Origin: a virus | DNA: 64,000 bases | IMG/VR virus record: IMGVR_UViG_3300029319_000025 | Location: 5,110 to 69,109 of that record | Strand: one strand, 5' to 3' | Part shown: piece by piece, positions 41,049-50,422 of the stretch | Layout: each line of letters begins with the position of its first letter | How positions within the stretch are numbered: position 1 is the stretch's first letter | Notes under the pieces: generated by a model | What the model saw: only the letters and a program-made list of their open reading frames with translations | Told to the model about the DNA's origin: nothing | Database searches by the model: none | Program-made: the position numbers and the translations under genes

Positions 41049-41689
41049 TATAGTTTGTCTTCATATAAATGCATGTTATGTGCGTGATGGTAATACCATC
41101 CGATGTCCATATTTAATCTCTGTGCAACTAATTGTTGTAAAGATGCAAATTGGTATTGATCATTACAAAAACCGTACCAGAGGTCATTAGAACGCATATA
41201 AACAGACATATTTAATTTGTCATGTAGTATTGTAAATTGTACTGCATATGTACATGGAGTATCGAACTCATAAGTTCCGTGTTCTTTACCGTCGTATATA
41301 GATATTGCAGCATGTCTAGTTACTTTGTTTGACTTTAGCTTATTAATTACATAGTCTATTTGGTGATTACGTTGCCATTGCCAACCGTAGTTACTTCTTA
41401 CATTACCGTTCTCATCAGCCATACGTTTCCATATTGCTGGTATTTTTCCATAAAGCTCTCCTAGTTTTTTAATACTTGGATCACCCGATAGATACCACTG
41501 CCATTCAGCTTCAGCATATTCATGTTTCCAGTCTCTTTTTTTAGCTGTTATAAGTTTTTCAGCAGGTCGATCTAAATAAAAGCCACAATTAAATATAGCT
41601 CTTGTAGTCGCGAAGTCTTCACCGTAATCACGTATGTAGTGATACAGGTATTCAAAAGCTTCGTTTGCATTAAAAAAATTATTTCTCAT
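41048..41689 (-). CDS. Thymidylate-synthase-fold enzyme, dCMP hydroxymethylase/methylase-like
   Basis: Catalytic PCT, MRSND...GFCND (Asp at the specificity position), HLY. Confidence 0.8.
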   Translation of the reverse strand: MRNNFFNANEAFEYLYHYIRDYGEDFATTRAIFNCGFYLDRPAEKLITAKKRDWKHEYAEAEWQWYLSGDPSIKKLGELYGKIPAIWKRMADENGNVRSNYGWQWQRNHQIDYVINKLKSNKVTRHAAISIYDGKEHGTYEFDTPCTYAVQFTILHDKLNMSVYMRSNDLWYGFCNDQYQFASLQQLVAQRLNMDIGWYYHHAHNMHLYEDKL

Positions 41690-41951
41690 ATTTTTTATAA
41701 TAATAGTTATAATATTCGTACATCTTTTCCCAGACTTCAGTTGGTCCATAAGATTCAGGGCTTGTGTATATTCTACCGTTTATACTTATTTCTAACTTCC
41801 ATAGTCTGTGTCTAAAACCTGTTTCTACAGGAGTAATAAATATTTTATTTCTAAAACACCATAAATGAGCTTCTTGGTTTGCTGAATCAAAAGCAAACTT
41901 GTTTTCACCCATATATTTTTTCTTTTTGTTACTCCCAAGGAAGGCTGCCAT
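41679..41951 (-). CDS. Hypothetical protein
   Basis: ORF track; fills the gap between helicase and TS-fold genes; start uncertain. Confidence 0.55.
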   Translation of the reverse strand: MAAFLGSNKKKKYMGENKFAFDSANQEAHLWCFRNKIFITPVETGFRHRLWKLEISINGRIYTSPESYGPTEVWEKMYEYYNYYYKKYEK

Positions 41952-43653
41952 CGTCTACTATTTCATCTGTTATTTGTGGTACAAACGAACCAGATCTTGG
42001 TTCCCATGTAAAATAAGACTCGCCGCCGTTTTCACCTAGGTTTTGAAACTTAACTTTTAATACTTTAACTTTAGTATTTTTAGCTTCGTAATCTCTATGT
42101 ACTAATATACCGTGGTAACTAGCATCATACCATTCACCACCGCCTTTTATGTTATACATTGTTGGTTCTTGTATCTTGCCGTTTTGATCTCTCATCATTT
42201 TAGTTGGATGTGCTACAATAAACGTTAGAACGTCATACTTTTTACAAAATGATTCTATCTTTGATAGATAATCCATAGTATATCTGTTCACATCATCTGA
42301 TACAGCATTTGTATCTCTAACTTTATTATAAGGGTCTATAACTAAACATTTAATACCTTTACGTTTAACTAATTCAGCACCTTTACGTAGAACTGACTCT
42401 AAACTATATTTATCCATGTCTATAAAATAATAATTATCATTGACATGGTTTGCAACTTGTTTCCATTTATCACTACCAATATCAGATCTACTAGGCATGT
42501 CGCCCCAATGCTTACGCATTAGTTTATGTGCGTGTAGATATATTGGTTGATTTTCAGGACTTGCAAATGCAGTTTTCCAGCCGTAGTTATTATTATAACC
42601 TACAACCATTTGGTCAACAAAATCAGACTTACCGCTACTAGGTATGCCAGTAACAGTAATGAACTGACCAGTGTATGTACTGAATATTTTGTCAAAGTTT
42701 TGCAAACCGACTTGAAAGCCCGGTTTGAAACCGTGTTTAACAAAGTCTTTAAGGTCATTTTCTACAGTTTTTAAGGTTGATACATTTTCTAGCGGTACTT
42801 GCTGCGCATTGTGTATAGCATTTTTAAGTTCGTCTTTACCATACTTAATAAGATATTCATTAGCATCTTTACAGTCTGCAAAATCTACTATATAACAATT
42901 TTCAGCACCAAGCCTACGTACAAACTCTTGTTTTAACATAGTACCAGGTTCATCAGCATCGACTGCTAGAATTATTTTAGTTTTATCTTCAAAATAATCT
43001 ATACAATTATCGAGATAATCTAAGTTGTTGTGATTTAACGTTGCACCGTTAGGTACTGATATTACGTTAGGCACACCTGCCTCATGTAATGATAACGCAT
43101 CTATTTCACCCTCTACAATTATACAGCTTTCATGCCCTACAATACTGTTAATATTATAGAATACTTTTTCTGCTCCTTTGTACAGTTTAAAGTTTTTGCG
43201 GGCATCACGATATTTAATATTGATAAGTTGATTACCCATAAAGTAATTGAACTTGATCGTGTTCTCGTTCTTACCAGTTTGAGGCATAAACTCAAGACCT
43301 TCGGAAACATTTAATGCTTCTAAAGTATCTTGAGTTATTCCTCTAGACTTAAACCATTCTACAACTTTACTACTAGGAGCCTGATGTGTTTTTGTAGAAA
43401 AAACAGGACGTACGTATTCACGTTCGCTAGCTCCCTTACGTTGGTAAGTGTGTAGTTGAAAAGTTGAATTACAGTTGTGACAAGTACCGAGACCACGTTC
43501 CCAATCATAGCTAGCACATTTAAGCTTTCTATTTTTAGGTTTTCTTGTGTGAGAACACAGAGGACAAATCCCCTGTGTCTTACCCACTTCAAGACCGTGT
43601 TGATTGAACTCGTCAATCAAAAATCCATTGATCTCTTTATCTTCTACTTGCAT
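41929..43653 (-). CDS. Primase-helicase, T7 gp4/Twinkle-like
   Basis: Zn finger CPLC...CHNC, TOPRIM EGEID/DAD, Walker A GIPSSGKS, VIDPY, VAHP. Confidence 0.92.
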   Translation of the reverse strand: MQVEDKEINGFLIDEFNQHGLEVGKTQGICPLCSHTRKPKNRKLKCASYDWERGLGTCHNCNSTFQLHTYQRKGASEREYVRPVFSTKTHQAPSSKVVEWFKSRGITQDTLEALNVSEGLEFMPQTGKNENTIKFNYFMGNQLINIKYRDARKNFKLYKGAEKVFYNINSIVGHESCIIVEGEIDALSLHEAGVPNVISVPNGATLNHNNLDYLDNCIDYFEDKTKIILAVDADEPGTMLKQEFVRRLGAENCYIVDFADCKDANEYLIKYGKDELKNAIHNAQQVPLENVSTLKTVENDLKDFVKHGFKPGFQVGLQNFDKIFSTYTGQFITVTGIPSSGKSDFVDQMVVGYNNNYGWKTAFASPENQPIYLHAHKLMRKHWGDMPSRSDIGSDKWKQVANHVNDNYYFIDMDKYSLESVLRKGAELVKRKGIKCLVIDPYNKVRDTNAVSDDVNRYTMDYLSKIESFCKKYDVLTFIVAHPTKMMRDQNGKIQEPTMYNIKGGGEWYDASYHGILVHRDYEAKNTKVKVLKVKFQNLGENGGESYFTWEPRSGSFVPQITDEIVDDGSLPWE

Positions 43654-43665
43654 TATTTAATTATA

Positions 43666-43983
43666 TTAAAATGGTAAATCGTCTTCTACTTGTGCAGCTG
43701 GTTGCGGTGCTGCTGCCGCTTGAGGTTGTGCATCTCTTGGTGCTACCTCAACGTTTGTTCCATTAGTCCAAACTACTTTAACATTGCCTAGATAAACCTT
43801 TTCAGCTTTAGCATCTCTCTCTTCTTTTGATTGTTGCACAACCACCGGCCCATTATTGCCAAAGTTATCTAGCTCATCATTTAATGTAATAGTAATAGGA
43901 ATGTATTTACCTTTTTTACCATTGATAATTTTATCTTTAGGTATTTTAGTAAGGTCAATACTAGTTGCTATTATACTTGCCAT
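43666..43983 (-). CDS. Single-stranded DNA-binding protein
   Basis: OB-like core with acidic DDLPF C-terminus. Confidence 0.75.
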   Translation of the reverse strand: MASIIATSIDLTKIPKDKIINGKKGKYIPITITLNDELDNFGNNGPVVVQQSKEERDAKAEKVYLGNVKVVWTNGTNVEVAPRDAQPQAAAAPQPAAQVEDDLPF

Positions 43984-44162
43984 TATGCGTATTGATTTAT
44001 TTGGTTAAACATTCTTTGCATTTGCTCTTTTGTAGCATTTGAGTTTCTTCTCAAATTATCTACAGCTTTAACATGATTTTGGTTTTTATAGAAATTAGTT
44101 ACACTAGTTTCTAACCCTGTTACGCTACAGATTTTAGTTTGAGTTTTTCTTGTTCTTGCCAT
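43983..44162 (-). CDS. Small hypothetical protein (59 aa, MARTRKTQTKIC...)
   Basis: Translated by hand; TAATG coupling to SSB. Confidence 0.6.
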   Translation of the reverse strand: MARTRKTQTKICSVTGLETSVTNFYKNQNHVKAVDNLRRNSNATKEQMQRMFNQINQYA

Positions 44163-44173
44163 ATTATATTATA

Positions 44174-44905
44174 TTAAAGTGTTTTGCTTATGAAATACTG
44201 TTTTGGATTAAAATCCTTAGTCTTATAGAACAACTCATAAGCTTCCATTGCTCTATCGACTTTGTCTTTACCAGACGCGTAAAACTCAGGTGAACAGTCA
44301 AACATACCGATCTGATGTGTCGTTTTATCTATAACTATAAACAACATTTCATAACCAAATAACTTTTGGTAAATGTATGCTTGTGAGTCGTAGTTATAAC
44401 GATAAGCAGAACTTTTAAATTTATTAATATCTGCTGTAGTCTTCAGATCTACTACTAACTGTTCATTATGATTTACAATATCAGCTTTACCCTTCCACAT
44501 ATACTTACCTATTTTTGTAACTTCAGGTACTTCGTATTCTGTGTTTGAGTCTCTTATTATACCTTTACAAACATCGTTGTCTAATAATTTATCAGACATA
44601 ACTTCGATGTGATCGACTTCATGTTGTAATAAGCATAATTCGCCGCCTGACATTTCTTTGTAAACCTTAGTGTTTCTAGTTGACGAAGGTATTACTGTGT
44701 ACTTGTGCAGTTTATCTGGTTCAAGTATACACGTGTGAAAATATCCGCCAACTAAAAACGCTGAGGTTGGTTTACTTGGTTGCCCTAATGCTAGTGGGTT
44801 TTTTAGTAACGTACTAATATCAGAGTTACTCAAGTATTTCTTACCAAACTCACCGTAATAATGTTCATCATTACGTAGTTTGTCTAAGATCTGTTCTTTT
44901 TTCAT
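44174..44905 (-). CDS. PD-(D/E)XK exonuclease (RecE/DUF3799-like)
   Basis: LSNSDI, G.YFH..ILEP, KGKAD, DLKTT, Y..QAYIY. Confidence 0.8.
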   Translation of the reverse strand: MKKEQILDKLRNDEHYYGEFGKKYLSNSDISTLLKNPLALGQPSKPTSAFLVGGYFHTCILEPDKLHKYTVIPSSTRNTKVYKEMSGGELCLLQHEVDHIEVMSDKLLDNDVCKGIIRDSNTEYEVPEVTKIGKYMWKGKADIVNHNEQLVVDLKTTADINKFKSSAYRYNYDSQAYIYQKLFGYEMLFIVIDKTTHQIGMFDCSPEFYASGKDKVDRAMEAYELFYKTKDFNPKQYFISKTL

Positions 44906-44906
44906 T

Positions 44907-45428
44907 TTACAGTGTTGTTAATTCTTTCTCTTGTTGTGGTGTTAATTGATATTTCTTTTTAATAGCATCTAACTTACCACCGGACTGTATATAACTTTTA
45001 GCCTTCGCGAGGTCTTGTAGTTTATCCTTGCCGTGTTTGTTTGTAGCATCGCTATCTTGAGTATCATCAATTAAAAATAAATTCCCAAGAGCATACTTTT
45101 TACCGTATGAACTAGCACTACCAAACTGTTGTGGTACTTGCATACCTTTCTGATTTAAGTCTACTCCGACTATAGCTGAGGTAGACATTGTCATGCCTTT
45201 CTCATCATGTATAGTTGCTGTAGTTTTAATCACAGGTACAGGACCTTCAACGATTAATTCTTCGTCAACAGTTACGGTAATACCGTATTTCAATAAAAAG
45301 GGTTTGATTGCTTCGAGAATATCTTCGGCACTACGAAAGTAATACTTACCGAAGGAGTTAAATCTACTTTTCTTCGATTTAAACTCAGTCTGGACTTGTG
45401 CCAGCTTTTGTTGTAAAGTTAATTGCAT
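44907..45428 (-). CDS. Erf-family single-strand annealing protein
   Basis: Y.FRSAEDIL, Q.FGSASSYGKKYAL..LF.IDD..D.D. Confidence 0.85.
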   Translation of the reverse strand: MQLTLQQKLAQVQTEFKSKKSRFNSFGKYYFRSAEDILEAIKPFLLKYGITVTVDEELIVEGPVPVIKTTATIHDEKGMTMSTSAIVGVDLNQKGMQVPQQFGSASSYGKKYALGNLFLIDDTQDSDATNKHGKDKLQDLAKAKSYIQSGGKLDAIKKKYQLTPQQEKELTTL

Positions 45429-45450
45429 TTAATTTGATTTAGTCTATATA

Positions 45451-45479
45451 TATAATTACACATTAGTGTACAATATTTA
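45451..45479 (-). promoter_or_regulatory. Putative middle promoter upstream of the recombination/replication operon
   Basis: TAAAT-N15-GTAATTATA. Confidence 0.45.
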
Positions 45480-45499
45480 AATTTATTATTCACTATAAC

Positions 45500-46267
45500 T
45501 TAAAGATAATCAAGCACTTGCGAGTGATCAACATTCTCTATAAGCTTTTCTACAGCTTGCTTTTTTAACTGTGAAACACGTACGTAAGCACTGCTGCCTT
45601 CGATACCTAATTTAGCTGCAATTTGTTTTGCAGACTGCTTATCACAGTTCAAGCCGTAGCTCATAACCAATACATTATACTCTTTGTCGTTTAAATGTTT
45701 TCTTAACAAACCGTCAAGGTAAGCATTTAACAAGTGCATGTTATATGGTTCTGATTTATCTGGTATTTGTAATACCATATCTTCTTCTTGGTTGTTCTTA
45801 GGTTTTTCATCTATACTTAAAAATATAGAATTAAAGAACATTGCTACCATCTTTTTATCTTTACCAAAGTTTTTACGTATCTCATTTAGTTTGTGCTCAG
45901 GTATTCTCATGTCACCACGATTAATATCTATAGCTCTACGTATTGCACCTCGTATACGCTTTGATAAAAAGCTTTTCATTGTTTTTTCTTTGTCTTCTGA
46001 TTTATCAAATAATTCCCAGTCTATTCTGTCAACAGCTTTTGTTAAACCAGCATTACCCTCTTGTATGAGGTCCATGATAGTCATAACACCTGAAGCTTGT
46101 TGACTAGTTGAAAATTTTCTTGCTATGTTTTCAGACAAAGGTAAGAAGTTTGTAATTAACTGATCTCTTGTTAATTCTTTATATTCTTTGAATTTAGGCA
46201 AAGCCCAGATCAGTTCTTGTACTTGCTCCTTGTAAATAACATAGTTTCGTATATTATAACTCTTCAT
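45500..46267 (-). CDS. Phage RNA polymerase sigma-70-family factor
   Basis: Region 2 DLIQEGNAGLTKAVDR, IRGAIRRAI...MRIP; region 4 SYGL...IAAKLG...VSQLKKQAVEKL. Confidence 0.88.
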   Translation of the reverse strand: MKSYNIRNYVIYKEQVQELIWALPKFKEYKELTRDQLITNFLPLSENIARKFSTSQQASGVMTIMDLIQEGNAGLTKAVDRIDWELFDKSEDKEKTMKSFLSKRIRGAIRRAIDINRGDMRIPEHKLNEIRKNFGKDKKMVAMFFNSIFLSIDEKPKNNQEEDMVLQIPDKSEPYNMHLLNAYLDGLLRKHLNDKEYNVLVMSYGLNCDKQSAKQIAAKLGIEGSSAYVRVSQLKKQAVEKLIENVDHSQVLDYL

Positions 46268-46874
46268 TTAATTTTTGTTTTTCTTGTTTTAAAGTATCAC
46301 ACATGTGTCTATGTATGGTTCTTGCAGAACAATCAAGTAAACCAGCAATACGACTAATAGTGATTTTTTTACCCATGTCGTTTAAATCTAACATAGCATC
46401 ATATATCATCTCCTTGTCGATGCTAGATCTACCTATTAATTGTCCTACAATTTTTAATTTACCACTCAAGTCTAAACCTGAGTATGGTTTGAAAACTACT
46501 TTACGTAGTTTATTTGCAGGTGGATCACCACCCTGGTTTATAACATCTTCTATCATATCATCTAATAATCTAGATTTTATGAAGAACGTTACAAACCCAT
46601 TTTCTTTTTTAGCTATAAATCTACATATGTCGTAAAAGTAATCTGCATCATATATAGAATCTGCATTTAGATAATATAGTACAAGCATGTGCCACTTCAA
46701 CGATTTATATGTAGTTATTTTAGCTTTACTATTAAACAAATGATAGCATTGATACGTACCATTTTCGTAGTATCTATACTGATCTGTTTCAATAGTAGGT
46801 ACATCGGATATAGGATCTCTCCTGTAAACGATGCGTCTATTATTTAACCATTTTAAATTTCTTTCGTATGACAT
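46254..46874 (-). CDS. DNA-binding protein with C-terminal HTH (candidate replication initiator/regulator)
   Basis: KITISRIAGLLDCSARTIHRHM. Confidence 0.65.
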   Translation of the reverse strand: MSYERNLKWLNNRRIVYRRDPISDVPTIETDQYRYYENGTYQCYHLFNSKAKITTYKSLKWHMLVLYYLNADSIYDADYFYDICRFIAKKENGFVTFFIKSRLLDDMIEDVINQGGDPPANKLRKVVFKPYSGLDLSGKLKIVGQLIGRSSIDKEMIYDAMLDLNDMGKKITISRIAGLLDCSARTIHRHMCDTLKQEKQKLNEEL

Positions 46875-46911
46875 TTGCCTATTACTTATTTATTCTTAAT
46901 ACCTTTTGTCA
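46869..46911. promoter_or_regulatory. Operator-like site TGACA-N33-TGTCA overlapping the HTH gene start
   Basis: TGACATTTGCCTATTACT matches the reverse complement of 54081-54098 at 16/18. Confidence 0.55.
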
Positions 46912-46943
46912 CATTTGGTTTTAAGGTAAAAAAAATAATTTTA

Positions 46944-47459
46944 TTATTTTTCCTTATTCTGTTTCTTAATGTTATCTTCATAAAACTTCATTGTATATGG
47001 TGTTTCTGTTTTTGCGGCTATCTTCTTTTTATCATGCACGTAGTATTGCCAGTACGCGTGTATAGCACAATCGCGCTTATACTCGTCTGGCATAGCTTGT
47101 GGTGGTTGCGTAAACTCACCATCAGGTAAATATTTAGGTGGTGTACGTAGGAAGTCAGCACATTTAGTTATTGTTAAATGTGTTTTATTATTATAACGTT
47201 TATAGTATTGATAACCTAGTCCCCACATATGCATCCATAACCACATATAATTATCTCTACATTGTCTAGCCCATATTGTTGATGGGTGATTTAAATGCGC
47301 TTGTTTGTAAGGCACAAGTCTTTTTTGTTCATCATCACCATAAACATGATGAGCAGTACAAAGCATTTGAGCTGATTCTAATATCATCTTAACAACATGC
47401 TTGTTGTATTGATACCTTGCAGCCATGTACGGATTTTCATGTAAGTAAAATATATTCAT
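46944..47459 (-). CDS. Pyrimidine-dimer DNA glycosylase-like (DenV/Pyr_excise) protein
   Basis: MNIFYL...KHVVKMILESAQMLCTAH...HPSTIW...PPQAMP. Confidence 0.75.
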   Translation of the reverse strand: MNIFYLHENPYMAARYQYNKHVVKMILESAQMLCTAHHVYGDDEQKRLVPYKQAHLNHPSTIWARQCRDNYMWLWMHMWGLGYQYYKRYNNKTHLTITKCADFLRTPPKYLPDGEFTQPPQAMPDEYKRDCAIHAYWQYYVHDKKKIAAKTETPYTMKFYEDNIKKQNKEK

Positions 47460-47671
47460 TCTTTTTCGTTTGGTAGTATTTTGCCGAATATAATCAACTC
47501 TACATCTGATTGACTGTAGCAGTTTGATTCTGGCCAGTTAATATATCTGTTAGCAATATTAATATGCTCATCAAGAGGTTGTTTATAGCAATAAAACATT
47601 GCTGTAAATATACCTGCAAAATAAAACAAAGCTATTATACAGAATTTATCTATTAATTGTAGTTTATTCAT
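47456..47671 (-). CDS. Small TM hypothetical protein
   Basis: Start revised to MNKLQL; one hydrophobic helix. Confidence 0.5.
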   Translation of the reverse strand: MNKLQLIDKFCIIALFYFAGIFTAMFYCYKQPLDEHINIANRYINWPESNCYSQSDVELIIFGKILPNEKE

Positions 47672-48548
47672 AATCTCGTATAGTTTTAAATAGCGGGTGT
47701 CTGTATGAACCTGCTTGTGTTCGTTGAAAATAGGTAAAGGTAGCACGCTTGCCAATGTAGTCAGTGATATTGTTAAGTATCTCCGCTAAATCCTTGTAGC
47801 TGTAGCCTTTGCCCGGCGGACAACCGAACTGTACACCTTCGTCATCTAGCATAATGAACTTGCCAAGTGTGCCTGTCCTTTTGCCTTTACCCGCTTCATA
47901 ACCAATGATAGTTGCTTCAGTATCGCTGAAGTCTTTAAACTTCATTAGATCGTAAGACCTACCGTGTTTGTATAGACCATCTAGTCTAATGATAGAGCCT
48001 TCGTAGCCCTCACGAAGATATGTCGCATGAAGATCTCTAGCATAATTGTAGCTATCAACTAATTGTGCAGGTACGTTCTTTACACAATCACCGTATATAT
48101 CTATATCGCTGTTGTAAAGATTTTGCATACGAGCTTTGTAGTTGTCATATTTAACACCGTCAAAGTAATCATAGCAATGAAACTGTACAAGTTGTTTAGC
48201 TTCTAATCTATCATCTGCAGTAGGTTTTTGCTTACGAACTAATGATATAATTTTTTCAAAGTCATTTTTCAATTCGTGATTATATAACTCGCCATCGAGT
48301 ATTATATTAGGGTTTTTAAAGAAAAATGGTTTTAAGTTTTCTAATATATGTTTTATATTTTTAAATTCTTTACCTGTTCTTGAGTATGCTTTCACGCTGA
48401 ATGAAGCCAACTGTTCTTGGCCGGGAAAGTCTGATACTCTTTTGATTAGACAGCGAACGCCGTCGAGTTTAGGTTGTATGTACACAGGTTTAGACCAGTC
48501 AACTCTGTTGTTGTCGAACTTGTGTGCTAGCATTGGTTTTAATGTCAT
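47664..48548 (-). CDS. ATP-dependent DNA ligase
   Basis: KLDGVR, LDGELY, EGSIIR, KFKDF, RHP. Confidence 0.92.
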   Translation of the reverse strand: MTLKPMLAHKFDNNRVDWSKPVYIQPKLDGVRCLIKRVSDFPGQEQLASFSVKAYSRTGKEFKNIKHILENLKPFFFKNPNIILDGELYNHELKNDFEKIISLVRKQKPTADDRLEAKQLVQFHCYDYFDGVKYDNYKARMQNLYNSDIDIYGDCVKNVPAQLVDSYNYARDLHATYLREGYEGSIIRLDGLYKHGRSYDLMKFKDFSDTEATIIGYEAGKGKRTGTLGKFIMLDDEGVQFGCPPGKGYSYKDLAEILNNITDYIGKRATFTYFQRTQAGSYRHPLFKTIRDYE

Positions 48549-48826
48549 AGGTTATTAAGTTTATTTTGTATTATATCTAATTTTCTTTTTATTATTGCTG
48601 CTTTCATGTACTCTTCATTGCCTTCGTACATATGCATAAGTGTTGTTAGTCTAGCCATTTCGCCAACTAAAAACTCTTCTTCAGTTTCTTTAAATGGCAA
48701 TTGTCCCTTTATTAATTCACCGATTGTCATAGGTGTATTGTATTGATGCCATTTAGGACTAGCTGATCTTTCTATTAATATATCTAATACTTTATCAGCT
48801 AATATATTTAATTCATCTTCAGTCAT
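48545..48826 (-). CDS. Hypothetical protein with UVR-like C-terminus
   Basis: EEYMKAAIIK; start revised to MTEDE because the upstream ATG lies inside the promoter motif. Confidence 0.6.
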   Translation of the reverse strand: MTEDELNILADKVLDILIERSASPKWHQYNTPMTIGELIKGQLPFKETEEEFLVGEMARLTTLMHMYEGNEEYMKAAIIKRKLDIIQNKLNNL

Positions 48827-48830
48827 ATTA

Positions 48831-48864
48831 TTATTATCCGACTTCATTCGTATTTAGTTTGTAT
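48831..48864 (-). promoter_or_regulatory. Early promoter-like repeat, copy 1
   Basis: ATACAAACTAAATACGA-N9-GATAATAA. Confidence 0.75.
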
Positions 48865-49385
48865 TAATCTACTTTTTTATCCCACATAGCATTTATTTTT
48901 TGCTGCTCTTTTTTATCCCACATAGCATTTCTTTTTTGCTGCTGTTGCCATCTAGTTTCACCGTTTGTAAAATCAGTATATTCCATGTCGGTAATATATT
49001 TAGTTATAATTTTATGAGGAGGTAATACAAATACATTTCTATTTGAGTAGTTATCCCAACAACTTACCCATATATCTTTTTTACCTGTCCATATAATATA
49101 AGTATAATGGTGATCTATATTAATCCAGTTGTTATATAAGTAGCAACTGTCATAGTACATATCATGAACTAATTTTGCAGCAAGCCTAGCACCATCCATA
49201 GTATCATTTCCAGCTTGTAACCAATTAGCTATTTGTACTGCTTGCCACTCAGGATAACCATCATGGTGCATATACATATTTACCCTGCTATTGTCAGCAA
49301 AAGCTTCAGGTGAGTCAGCAAAACCTAGATCACTTTGTTCTGCATGTCGTCTATCGACAACCATAATCATATTTCTTGTAGCCAT
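48864..49385 (-). CDS. Conserved phage early protein (Y.H.DGYP motif)
   Basis: MATR...YMHHDGYPEW; duplicated NAMWDKK at the C-terminus. Confidence 0.7.
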   Translation of the reverse strand: MATRNMIMVVDRRHAEQSDLGFADSPEAFADNSRVNMYMHHDGYPEWQAVQIANWLQAGNDTMDGARLAAKLVHDMYYDSCYLYNNWINIDHHYTYIIWTGKKDIWVSCWDNYSNRNVFVLPPHKIITKYITDMEYTDFTNGETRWQQQQKRNAMWDKKEQQKINAMWDKKVD

Positions 49386-49386
49386 A

Positions 49387-49575
49387 TTATTTAGTTTCTA
49401 TGTAGCCCGCGTCAATTAAATCTTTTAGTGTACGCCCAAACCAACCTTGCAGGCCATTATAAAGTTTGTGGTCGTATATATATTGCCATGCAGCTAATAC
49501 TTCATCGCTGTCTTTTGGTTGTACAAAGCCTTCGGCTATGCCAACAGCTTCATAACTAGTCATTTTTCTTTTCAT
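49387..49575 (-). CDS. Hypothetical protein
   Basis: AWQY...LQGWFGR motif; coupled ORF. Confidence 0.7.
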   Translation of the reverse strand: MKRKMTSYEAVGIAEGFVQPKDSDEVLAAWQYIYDHKLYNGLQGWFGRTLKDLIDAGYIETK

Positions 49576-49886
49576 AATCTATCTCTTTCATTAAATAATG
49601 CGTAACCAAGTTTCGCGTAGTTTATTATATCACCGAACCTACTAATCATAGGCTCTGCTCTATTTAGATCGTGGTTGCTAACATGAGCAGCAACAGAACT
49701 AACTTGCTTATCAAAGTAAGCATACCATACTACCAACGGATCTACACCTAGCTTTTTAGCTGTAGACTTAAAGTTATTTAGTACGTCCTCGTCCTTCATA
49801 GTATATTCAGGACCTTTCTTTCTCATAGTATCTCTAGCATATTCATCTAGCTTACTTGCTAATATATCAAATTCTGTATCTTTCAT
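49572..49886 (-). CDS. Nucleotide-modification-associated (DUF1599/MazG-like) protein
   Basis: KKG.EY...NF...K...D.INYA pattern. Confidence 0.55.
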   Translation of the reverse strand: MKDTEFDILASKLDEYARDTMRKKGPEYTMKDEDVLNNFKSTAKKLGVDPLVVWYAYFDKQVSSVAAHVSNHDLNRAEPMISRFGDIINYAKLGYALFNERDRL

Positions 49887-50147
49887 TTAATCTAGTAATT
49901 TCATGTAGCCTTTCACATCAGTGGCTGCGAACCAGTCAAGACCTTTATGGAAGTCATTAATAACTTGTTCATCGGTGTTACCCATTTCAAAAGTCATTTG
50001 TGCACCCATTATAAAGTCATACATAGATAACTGTGCGGCTGTTAGTTCATACTCCTCTCCACTGAAAGGATTTGTAACGGTGTCGCCGTGTGTATAGCAT
50101 ACACCGCTAAACCATTTTGGTAGTGTGTTTTTGTCTTTTTTACTCAT
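49887..50147 (-). CDS. Hypothetical protein
   Basis: ORF track. Confidence 0.7.
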   Translation of the reverse strand: MSKKDKNTLPKWFSGVCYTHGDTVTNPFSGEEYELTAAQLSMYDFIMGAQMTFEMGNTDEQVINDFHKGLDWFAATDVKGYMKLLD

Positions 50148-50370
50148 CGCTTAAAAATTTACTACCATACATAATATCATGTGCGGTAAGTTGATATGTG
50201 TACAAGTCGGAATAAGAACATAGATCGCTAACATCTTGTATATGTAAGTCTGACCATATGTTATTAGCCATTAACTTGTACGATAGTCTTTGTGCTGTGC
50301 TATATTTTTTAGCATTAGCTTTCAGAGCTTTTTTAATCTCTGGTTTTAGTAATTCGTATAGGTTTTTCAT
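50140..50370 (-). CDS. Hypothetical protein
   Basis: ORF track; downstream of promoter copy 2. Confidence 0.7.
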   Translation of the reverse strand: MKNLYELLKPEIKKALKANAKKYSTAQRLSYKLMANNIWSDLHIQDVSDLCSYSDLYTYQLTAHDIMYGSKFLSDE

Positions 50371-50385
50371 ATTTATTATTTAATT

Positions 50386-50419
50386 ATATTATCCAACTTG
50401 TTTCGTATTTATGTTGTAT
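50386..50419 (-). promoter_or_regulatory. Early promoter-like repeat, copy 2
   Basis: ATACAACATAAATACGA-N9-GATAATAT. Confidence 0.75.
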
Positions 50420-50422
50420 TAG

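Noticed and set aside
48872-48930. About 22-nt direct repeat (NAMWDKK twice)
   Set aside because: Small in-frame duplication at a C-terminus; no evidence of an att site or array
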